Source of the DNA: Utricularia gibba
Taxonomy: Eukaryota > Plantae > Magnoliophyta
DNA length: 64,000 nt
Direction of reading: 5' to 3'
Assembly (NCBI GenBank): GCA_002189035.1
Contig: NEEC01000007.1
Location: forward strand, 868,001 to 932,000
A program made the translations under genes and the position numbers. Positions 12,968 through 23,833 of this stretch are shown here, one piece after another (position 1 is the stretch's first letter; every line of letters begins with the position of its first letter). The notes under the pieces were generated by a model, which ran no database searches, was not told where the DNA came from, and was given only the letters and a program-made list of their open reading frames with translations.

Positions 12968-14281
12968 TCAAACCACAGGGGTTAACAGGGGCTTCCCAGA
13001 AAAGTGAGCATCTAGATTCCTTAAAATCAGATCAGCCATGTCAACTTCTGTTTCCACTGTACTGGTTCCAACATGAGGCGAAAGCACAACATTTTCAAGG
13101 CTAAACAGCGCCTCTGGCACATGGGGTTCATTCTGGAAGACATCAAGGCCGGCACCCCCTAACCGCCCCTCGACCAAGGCAGAAACGAGTTCATGCTCGT
13201 CGACATGGCCACCTCTACCAACGTTGATCAAAACTCCCTCTGCACCCAACGCCTGAATCACTTCTCGATTCACAATGTGTCTGGTTTCGGGATTTAGGTC
13301 ACAGGCCACTACTAAGATGTCACAGTTTGAGGCTAGCTCTGTGATAGTTGAGTAATACTTGTAGTTTTTATTTTGTTTCTCAGATCTGGAGCTGTAGCTG
13401 ATTGGACAGCCGAACTCCTCCACTCGCTTGGCGATTGCTGAACCAACCCTTCCAAGGCCTATAATTCCCACCCTTTTACCACTCAACTGCAACACAAAGA
13501 GAATGATTAGTGTGGATACTGAAGTTAACACAGAGAACCGTTAAAAAAGAAGGTAAAAAGATCATTTATAATAATCACACTGATGAAGAATGTCCTACAG
13601 AAGCAAGCAATGAGCTTTTTTGCATGATTTCCAATTAGTTGGCTGAATCCAGTAACAGTGTAAGAGAAAAGCAATGAGCTTTTTTGCATGCTCATTGTTG
13701 ATGCAAAGTAGAACCAGTGACACTTTCAAACACTCCGATGTTAAAGGTCCAATCTTTTACCTCCCATGAGCGCGATCAATCTTTCATCTACCAATACCAG
13801 CTCCAAAGGTATTCGAATGCAATTCAGATTCAAAATCAGCATAAGGAAATTTCCAAACCTTTGTGGTCAAAGGGAATTTATGGCTCAGCCACTCCCTGTT
13901 CCTCACAAAATTGTCACAAACGCATATTCTTCTCAGAACAGCGATCATCAGAGCAATGGCTGTATCCGCAACTTCAGCACTCACTACATCAGGGGTGTTG
14001 GTAACCCTAATCCCCTTCTCCTCGCATTTCTCCAAATCAACGTAATCCACACCTACGCTGAAGCACGAAACGATTGTCAGGTTGGGTAATGCGTCAATTA
14101 ATTCAGCACCGATTTTCTCGCTGGGGACTCCAACCACAGCGTGGATAGATTCAGCGTGCCGCATGATGAAGCCTCGGGGAGTCGGCGGAGTCTCGTGTCT
14201 GAAGACTGTGAACCTCCTCCCGAGCTCCTGTTCCAAGTAGCCGTAAGATGGACCCATCATTAGAACTCCGATGGACTTCAT
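12968..14281 (-). CDS. HPPR: Hydroxyphenylpyruvate reductase / glyoxylate-hydroxypyruvate reductase (D-2-hydroxyacid dehydrogenase family)
   Basis: Exons 14281-13859 and 13486-12968. GIIGLGRVG Rossmann motif, NVGRG, DVFQNEP, SPHVG; the C-terminus [13 protein letters not shown] matches plant HPPR/HPR2. Confidence 0.9.
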
Positions 14282-14573
14282 TCTGGTCGCAGCGTTGCCG
14301 AAATTCCCGCTACAAGCGCGCGGCCGCTGGATCCGGCTAAGATAGCAGTCGCGGAGATGCCCCCCGACAAATCCGGTCAACTGAATTAGAAATGTAATCA
14401 AAGTTTTGATTTTTTTATAATTTATCGAAGTGCTTCAATGCATAGAGAAGAATTCACAGGCAAGAAAATGGGTGCCATATTCGGTTGCTCGTGTTTTCCA
14501 AAAATGGCAACCACATAGCAAAAAAGAATCAGGAAGATGATTTTGCTCCGATTTTCAGAGATGGAATTCTGAA

Positions 14574-16576
14574 ATGGTTGAAGCATCCGGGGAAGAACTT
14601 GGGACCCCGAAATCCCGCCTCGGAATCTTGAAGGGGATGATTTGGGATCGTGCAAAACGCACCCGCAGCTTCATCCTTGACAAAAGTGGCTCCTTCGCTT
14701 CACCTGGTCGTGATCATGAGAGGCTGATGTATAGAAACCACGAGAAAAATCGGTACATGGAAACTGCTCGAATAGTATCCGCCCTCGTCGGAACGGAGGA
14801 CGTCAAATCCCGGTTGGCCAACAGCCCGAATTCTGGTGGCCGCGATAAGAAACTCTCAGGCATGGATGTAACACGATCATTAATGATAGTATATTTGGGT
14901 TTATCGAATGATCAGGCTTAACATTGAGTGCTTGATTTAGATATGGAAATGATGAAGGAAAGGTTTGCCAAGTTGCTGCTAGGGGAAGACATGTCCGGTG
15001 GCGGAAAAGGCGTTTCGTCGGCGTTAGCCTTGTCGAATGCTATCACCAACATTGCTGGTTTGTACTGTTGGTTTCCATAGAAGCTAGTTCAAGTTGCATG
15101 CCTTATGCTGTTAAATGGAATCAGCTTCTGCATTTGGAGAGCAGAAGAGATTGGAGCCAATGTCAGAAGAAACTAAGGCTAGATGGAGAAAGGAGATCGA
15201 TTGGCTTCTTTCTGTTACAGACTACATTGTTGAATTAGTCCCTACGAAGCACAAGTCTAAAGATGGGAACTCCATGGAGGCAAACCTTCATCTCTTTTAC
15301 GTCATCTTTCCACCATTCCTACTGAAAGTTCACAGCTTTTTTTTTTTTTTTTTTTGCACCAGGTTATGGTGACAAAGCAGAGAAACGACCTCCACATGAA
15401 CATCCCTGCACTCAAGAAGCTAGACGCTATGCTCCTTGTTAGACTTGATTTTCCTCAAAGTTGTCACCTTTTAGATTCTTTTGTTACGACATTGACACAA
15501 TCTAATGATGCTCGACAGGATTGTCTGGAGAATTTCAAGGATCAACAGGAATTCTACTACGGAGACGATGTGTTGCATAAAAATGAGGATAAATGGTGGA
15601 TCCCCGCTCCGAGAGTTCCAGCAAATGGTTTGTCTGATGTATCAAGAAAATGGCTGCAGCATCAAAGGGATTCAGTTAACCAAGTACTGAAAGCAGCCAT
15701 GGCTATAAATGCTCAAGTCCTCGCAGAAATGGAAATCCCTGAATGTTACCTGGAAACACTTCCTAAAGTAAGAAGATTGCAAGAAAAGTTTTTTTTTTTT
15801 TTTTCCCACAGAGCATTCAGAAGTTGTATCTATGATAGAATGGAAGAGCAAGCCTTGGAGACTCTATATACAGGATCATCACGGAGGAGTTCTTCGATCC
15901 GGACTACTTGCTTTCCTCTATAGACTTGTCATCGGAGTACAAGATAGTTGAGCTCAAGAACAAGATTGAGGCATCTATGGTTATATGGAGAAGAAAGCTC
16001 ACAACCAAGGAGACCAAGTCCTGGGCCTCAACAGTAAGCTCTGAAAAGAGGGAAATATTAGAAGAAAGAGCAGAAACAATCTTGCTCATTCTCAAGCATC
16101 GGTTCCCTGGAATCAGCCAATCTGATCTTGAAATCACCAAAATCCAATACAACAGGGTAAGTTAGTAAGCAATCCAGCAAGCTAATAGCTCCAGCTTTTC
16201 ATTCCTTGATCCTGATGGATGGTTGAAGGATGTGGGGCACGCCATCCTCGAAAGCTACTCTAGAATCATCGAGAGCTTGGCGTTCAACGTGTTGTCGAAA
16301 ATACAAGATGTTATGCAAGCTGATGATGCTGCAAGAAGTCAATCAAAAGAAGCTGCGGAGAAGGAGAACGCCATAGCGATGGACAGCGAGACGCCAACGT
16401 CGAAAACACTGTTGGATTTTATGGGGTGGACGATGGATCAAGCAGATGCAGTGGAGAAGAAGGATTTGCAGGAGATTAATCAGCAGCTAAGCAAACCTGA
16501 AAATGCGGTTACGAACAAGAAGTTATCATACTTAGAGCAACTTGGTGGTACTCGAAGTCCGGCAGCAAGACACTAG
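14574..16576 (+). CDS. ROPGEF: Rop guanine nucleotide exchange factor (PRONE domain)
   Basis: Seven exons: 14574-14859, 14941-15057, 15125-15279, 15363-15437, 15519-15767, 15839-16156, 16229-16576. [50 protein letters not shown]. Introns 1 and 3 need GC donors. Confidence 0.93.
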
Positions 16577-16791
16577 CTGCTAGTGAATGTCACAAGGATG
16601 AAGGGATGTTCGAAAATAGTCTCTCATGCGACAACGGACAATATTTATCGAAGTCGTTACAAGCAAAAAAGCGTTATGGATTTAAAAAGTGTAGACAAGG
16701 AACCACGACTCTATCCAAAATAGGCGTAAATTGAGAATCAATTTCCAAACAATTCTATCTTCTAGGTTCCAAAGCTGAGGCCATTGCGAAG

Positions 16792-17238
16792 ATGGTGATT
16801 CTATCATCTTCATCGATTCTCCAATTCAAATCCCTTTCGCTCGGTAATCCTTTTCTTCATGGCACCGCCCTCCGCAGAGAGAGCCCTGCGTTGCTGTCGT
16901 CTTCATCTGGGCAGCCGTCACTGCAGATAAAGGCGATGCGTTCTTTACAAGGGAAAGTCGTTTGCTCCACCAATGACCAGACAGTGGCAGTGGAGGTCGT
17001 TCGCTTGGCTCCGCATCCGAAGTACAAGCGCCGCGTGAAGAAGAAGAAGACTTATCAGGCGCATGACCCGCTGAATCAGTTCAAAGTTGGGGATTTTGTT
17101 CGCCTCGAACAGCGCCGACCCGTCAGCAAGACTAAGACTTTCTGGGCTATCCCCGCCGGAAGAAAAACTAACGTCGAACCTCAGCCAGATGTGGATACTC
17201 CGCAGGAGCTATCCATTCCTCTGGAATCGGCAAGTTGA
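16792..17238 (+). CDS. PRPS17: Plastid 30S ribosomal protein S17, intronless
   Basis: Ser-rich transit peptide followed by MRSLQGKVVC...VAVEVVRLAPHPKYKRRV...HDP...RPVSKTKTF (S17 domain). Confidence 0.95.
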   Translation: MVILSSSSILQFKSLSLGNPFLHGTALRRESPALLSSSSGQPSLQIKAMRSLQGKVVCSTNDQTVAVEVVRLAPHPKYKRRVKKKKTYQAHDPLNQFKVGDFVRLEQRRPVSKTKTFWAIPAGRKTNVEPQPDVDTPQELSIPLESAS

Positions 17239-19267
17239 GTGTCGTTATGTGGGTTGTATTGATATTGATCTCTGTGGTGCCTGTAGCATGCAACTACTCT
17301 TTTGAATTCAACTTGTTTTGTACTTCAGTTCGGCATTTCGAATCTATGAAATTCCTGCTTATGGTACCAAAAGATTCATTCTTTGCACTGTAAATGTTTC
17401 TCTACATTCATCAGTGTGCAAGATATGACGGCTATTGATTGGAACTACCTACCCTACTAGGATTTTGGTCGAAGAAGAGATGCTGTAGGTTTGATGAATT
17501 GATAAGAGTTGAATTTCAAACTTCTTGAAATGTGGATTTAACTTCATTTGACGCCGCCCCTCATGGATCTTCGAACTTCAATCTATTTGTTTGTTTAGAT
17601 TGCATTTATAATCACATCCCCGGCCTTGGCTACTAGAATTTTATTCAATTTTTGCATCGCTTCTCCTCAGCCAGAGTGATGTGTTAAAGATTAGTTGACA
17701 AATAATTAGCTTATGGTTTTCATGTGATATGTTGTCCTCGGCTGTTTTGCATATAAGAAAATGTGGCTGCTTCAATGATCATTCATGTCACGTTAAGTCT
17801 GTCGAGTTGGTGGTACTTGGTAGCTGAACTCCCAAATAACTCTTATTTGATTTTGATATCTTCTTCCATTTGCTGTACGAGTAGAGTTGCCATATAGCTT
17901 TTTGGAACGGATCAGGCATCTATAGCGGTAATGAATGTTATACAGGGAATTTTTATTGATATTGCTGATGCAAATACATGCCTTGATAAATACTACATCT
18001 TTCAAAAGTGCCTGGATTATGGCGTTCAGCTAGTTCACAACTGTTTGAACCCTGCCATGGATCTAAAAAGTGTCCTGTATGGTGGTAAAGCCGTGAAAGA
18101 TGCAGAAATTGAGGATGATCCTGAAGATGAAACTGCTGCCAGCCATTAGGAAACTCAGTCATTTGCTGGTTCTATTCCTGTTTAAAGAACCCTCTTCCTT
18201 GGGATCACACTTTTCAGCCAACTGCAGAACATGTTTATTTCTCACCTTCATGTTTGGAAACGTTTTAAAGTGTGTTAGTTGGAAGTGCTTCGTGAAGACA
18301 TGGTGGAAATGAAGAAGACGCACACAAGGCGACTGAATCAACCAATGGACAAGGAAGCAAACATAGCTTCTTCAAAGGAACAAAGATTTGTCTTCACTGA
18401 TGAAATTGATGCAGCTATTGATCAGAGGACTGGCTTCTTCTGCTGCTGCTGTTTTACCAAGAGGCAACTAAATCATGTATGCGCCTCTACATTTTTCTTG
18501 GAGAGCTTCATAAGAATATCAATGGATGCCAGGGGATCAATCACTAAACCTCCCATTGAGTTGTATTTTTTTTTCTAGAAATAATTTATGTAAATCATAA
18601 ATATATTTGTTTTTTCAAATATGAAATAATTAACTCCATTTGCATTCCTTTGAGCCCAATGATATGGTGGGATGAACCCGCGAGGGCCCAGATACGAGAA
18701 TTGGGCCAGCGGGTTGGCCCACGATGACGACCTGCCTGGAGAAAACTCCGCATAGCAGCAGGTCGAGAGGTTTTTCGCCATCTTTCACTACGAGGAAGAG
18801 ACCAAATCGTTCCTTGTGATGAATCAATGTTCCGGTGGAAGGAGATAAATCTGTTCTTCACCTGTTTTTAGGGTAAGATGCCCTGTTTCTGTTATTTTTT
18901 TAATATTTAAGACATGTCAATTTGGAACATCTTTTCGCTCGCACTGCCCTGAATTTTGGGGGAGTTTTTCAGCATTGTATATTGTTGGTTAAAAATGGGC
19001 ACCCTTCATTTTCATGATTAGGTTGCAATATTTTTTAGTAACAGATGGGTTTCCTGTGCTAGTATGATCGAGCAGTTTTTCGGTTTCCTAAAGAATTCAG
19101 CAATTCTGAGCCTTGGCTATTATTACTTTTCACTCCATACTACTAGAGAGGATTTCTTTAATCTACTGTGAGGTTTTTTTTCCTGCTTGAGAAATTATTC
19201 AATATCCTGTCTTTACTGGGTTTTTCTGTGGCATGGATGGGCATGCAGGTTTGGGGAAAAAAGACAT

Positions 19268-20110
19268 ATGGAGAACAAGGAGGACGCGGTTAAGCAAGAG
19301 CGATTGGTGGAAGCACGGGCAAGAAACATAAGTCACAATGTGAGATGTACTGAATGTGGTAGTCAGTCCATAGAAGATTCTCAGGCTGATATAGCAATTC
19401 TCCTCCGCAAGGTACTGATATTGTATATCCATCTTCCTCTTGTTTCTAAACCAAAAACGTAACTACCTTTTAAATGCAAAGATGATGATGAATTCAGTGC
19501 TATTAACGTTGTTGATGCTATTACTGCCTTCAAGTACGATTATATATTTGCTACGGTATTATTATATGTGGTGCTGATTGTCATCCTTCTTCATTGCATT
19601 TTGGCTCGACCTTTTTCTATGCACTTACATAGTTGTTTGTGGAGCTTTTCTGTTGCTCATGGATGAAAAAATTCGCTCGGGTTAATTTGATCCCCGTTTC
19701 CTTTAGCTTATCCGAGACCAAATTCGTTCTGGGAAAAGCGATAAGGAGATTTTCAAGAAGCTGGAGGAAGATTTTGGTGAGACTGTACTTTACACACCAA
19801 AATTTGATATGCAAACTGCTGCTCTTTGGCTTTCTCCGGTTAGTAAAATATCTACAACACTTCCTCCATCCATTTCTCTGTTATTTTTTACCATATAAGT
19901 ATGAAACTATGTTGGCAGCTTATTGTTGCTGGTGCTGCTGGGGGAATATGGGCATACAATAGATACAGAAGAAAAACTAACGTCCATATTATGGTACTAG
20001 ACCTGATCAGAGGAATCCCACTTACACCCAAGGAGAAGGAGACTGTGCTAGATCTTCTAACCCCACCTACATCTCGACCAGCATCCTCTTGGTGGAGAAG
20101 ATCCAGCTGA
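19268..20110 (+). CDS. CCMH: Mitochondrial cytochrome c maturation protein CcmH
   Basis: Exons 19268-19411, 19707-19838 and 19919-20110. RCTECGSQSIEDS (CxxC), FGETVLYTPKFD, TM helix; probable 5'UTR exon ending near 18872. Confidence 0.95.
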
Positions 20111-22646
20111 GTTACATCTCCTCTCAAGGTATACACCATTTAGTGTGTTACTGTGGAGCTTGTTCAAATTTTCTCAGGCCCCCTGGTAGCTAGAAAATTA
20201 ATCCATCCAACTGCTGAAAGTGTAGACTATTTACTTACAAACTGATGGAACTATTTTTCACCTTGGACACCACACATGCTGTAACATGCCTTGTTTTAGG
20301 GAAAACAACACGTCACTAGATCGCCAAGACTTGTGGGATCCGGTTACTGATCAATGGACCAGAAACCCAGAAACATTTACAGCAATGACAACCCAACAAT
20401 CTTCCCTTTAAAAGACAATCCGTAAATTCCCCTCTGGTGAAATGTTCAAGTTCCGACATGGAGACATACATGTACTTGACTAACGAGGCTGCGCGCATAC
20501 ATGCATCGTGAATCCACGTCAGTGCACTTGCACCATCGCATTTATGTGATGCATGAAAATTAACATGCATCATGTACACGTTGCTGAACCATGCTCTAAA
20601 CATAAATAATCCAAGTTTCAATGCTCATATCCACTCCGATCAACTTGTTTCACTTGAATTGAAAATCCCATGGACCGAAAACCGAATCATGAATGGATAT
20701 AAACCCTAGTTGTAGTAGTGTACATTGTCTGCAGCATAAGAGCCACTAGCCCCATCAAATTGGATGCAACTTGGACTCTGCCCTTTAGAAATTATTATCC
20801 CTTTCTACAACACCATGAAATGAACGTGCGAATTGTGCACCTTTGCTTCATTATATAAAGGGTAGTTTTTTTAAAAAAAATTTACCCTTGTTGTAAAAGG
20901 TAAGAGTAAAAGACGTCAAGTGGGATCTGATGCGCTGGTGTAGGCTTTAACCATGGCCGTCGGTGGCTTCCCACGCCCCGGTCCTTGTAAGATCTACCCT
21001 ACGGTGAATGCCGACGGGAGACGACGGGAGCACTGTCACTCAAAAAAAAAAAAAAAAAGAAAATTCGAATAGGCGGCCGTTCGTGGGCTTATTTTTTTAA
21101 AATGTTATAAATACCTAATTTTTTTCTTTATTAAAATTAATTATTATAATTTATCTTCTAAAGAAAGTGGGACCAAACAAGTGTCATTAACTGTGAAAAA
21201 AGGGGCAATTTGTGTTTATTAATTATAATTTGACATAGGAAAAAAAAACATGAAATTTAATTTTGTGCACCTGTCCAGAAAGGCAATAGGGCCCTCTCAT
21301 GAAAAATATAGGCAAGGACAGAATGAGTACACGTCGTGTCCCCCGACGTGTCCCAATATGCTACTGTATTTCTAACATTTTGTCGCGAGGCCTTAACGGA
21401 CACGTGTCATTCCCGGAGTGGCCGATATTCTTAATAAGTGAATTGTGTTAGATTCGGCCTAATTTGCTGAACTCGATCCTAATCGAACAGCAACGCATCG
21501 TTCTGTTAGGGCATTTTCGCGTAAACCGAGGAAGGGCAAACAAGAGAAAGACAACATGGGACACGAATTTTCTCCATTTTTTTAATTCTGAGTTTATTCC
21601 TTTTGCGTTCTCTTTTCACCTAATCGATTCTCTTACTTCTCAAGGAATCATGTGGGAAGTGTAAAGGCGAGTGACACGCCCCTTGACCCGGTCATCGTCA
21701 TGGCTACAGTTTTTTTTCCTTTTTTTAAAAAAAAAAAATCGGAGGAGGAGGAGGGGTTCCCTATGCATATTATTAATTATAAGTTTAAATTATTACTAAT
21801 ATCCTTAAAAAGATATTGATTTATATTTATATTTAAAGATCGTAGTTAAAAACCAGTCGTCCATGTTTTTACTTTTACCCTGATTGGATGACATGGCAGC
21901 GGCGGTAACTAACTAACTTAACTTATACAGTGACGTCAGCTGGGCAGTGTTTGCTGTAGTGGGGATGGGGTGTTCATTATTGTATTCATATATTACAAAA
22001 TATACTTGTAAGTTGTAATATTGAATAATTTCTGTGTTTCAAAAAATCATAAATTTTTATAACTAAAATATGGGGAATACTTTTTGTTCATTTTCTAAGC
22101 TAATGAGATTTACCCCACAGTAATTTCCCCGGGGACAATGAAGAAAGGGGTGCAAACTCTTCCTAGAATACACTACAAGATCCTGCTATTCTGATGGGTG
22201 CATTGAATTTTTACCAAAATGACAGCAGGCAAAGTGATTTATTGTAGAGTGGTGTTTGTTCTTGCCCCTAGACACTCCACTGTTGGCGGTGTGCATTTGA
22301 CTGGAATAATTGCTTTCTGCTGCTTAACGTTTTTACTGCTGCTTTATCAACTTTAGGAAAATTAACCCCTCTACACCTACCACGCAGAGTGAAAATAAAC
22401 AAAAGAGAGCAACAGAAAGGCCAAAGAAGCTTCTTTTTCTGTATCACCAAAGCCCTTTTTGGGGGCACTCTGTGGCATTCAACCCACTGCATCCAACAAT
22501 AAAGAAGAAAGCAAAGGAAAGGGAAAGTTCCCTCTGTGTCTGTCCCTCTCTCTCTCCCACTCAATCCCTGTGGCGAATCCTCGCTTTCTTCCTTGTTTGA
22601 CTCTGTGCTCTGTCAATATCACACGCTCTTGATTGTAGTTCTCTCC

Positions 22647-23833
22647 ATGTCTGCATCTCAAGAGCAAGTTTACATAAGCTTGTTATCACTGCCTTGTTCA
22701 GCAGCCGTTATCTCAAATCATGAGATGAAAGATGTCTCCAATCTTAAGGGAACCGAGCTGAGGCTGGGGTTGCCGGGTTATGAGTCACCGGAGAGAAAGA
22801 ATGGAGGAGGAGAGTTTCTGAAGCTTTGGAAGGATACCAAGGAGGTCTTTCATAGTCCTTCCAAGAGCCCTGTATCGGGTTCTAAGAGGGGCTTGTGTGA
22901 TGACATTAATGATTCTGATAACTGGGGTTTACGTGTTCATGGAGCTGATTTGAGGAAAGCTGAGGCTTTTTTATCCACCACAGATTCCGAATGTAGCAGG
23001 GAAGACATGTACCGCTCTGTAAAGCTTGCAGAGAACAACAATGAAGATGTAAATATTCCACCAGCTTCCAAGTAAGCTTCTATCCCCTGCTTTTCATAAG
23101 CTTCTGCGAGTCTTTTTTTTGTCCAATCTTCGCACCCGATGAGTTCTAACAACTTGCTGATTTCAGGGCACCCATAGTTGGATGGCCACCAGTGAGATCT
23201 TTTTGGAAGAATACGACAGTCACTAATTCATCTCAAACTAACTGCATTCCTACAAACAGTGCTTACAGTTTTTATGTGAAAGTGAGCATGGATGGCGCTC
23301 CGTACTTGAGAAAGATAGACTTGAATGCTTACTCCCACTACACAGAACTCTCATCAGCCCTTGAGAAGATGTTTGGTTGCTTCATTATTGGTAAACATCG
23401 TGTTCTTTCATTCTGGACCTTCTCATCCCGAAACTTCTCCTGTTAAGTACTGAATCATCTCTGCTCAGGGAAACAAGAAGTCCCAAGCGAGAGGCGATTG
23501 ATGGATCTCCTCCACGGCTCCGAATATGTCATGACTTATGAAGACAAGGATGGCGATTGGATGCTCGTTGGAGATGTTCCTTGGGAGTATGCACTCTTGT
23601 GTCCTTGAAAAGCCTTTGAAATGGGTGTTCTTGTTTCCTAAAACCCTTTTTGTATGATTTCAGAATGTTCATGGATTCATGCAAGCGACTGCGAATCACC
23701 AAGGGATCTGAAGCAGTTGGACTTGGTAACTACTTTCTCTGTGCTCCTGCTCCAAATGGATAAAAACATTACCATCCTTTTAACCATTGTTGCAGCTCCG
23801 AGGAGTCTCCACACAAGTCCAAGGTCCAAATAA
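22647..23833 (+). CDS. IAA: Aux/IAA transcriptional repressor (IAA27/IAA8-like)
   Basis: Exons 22647-23071, 23167-23390, 23469-23586, 23664-23725 and 23796-23833. Domain [57 protein letters not shown]. Confidence 0.95.
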
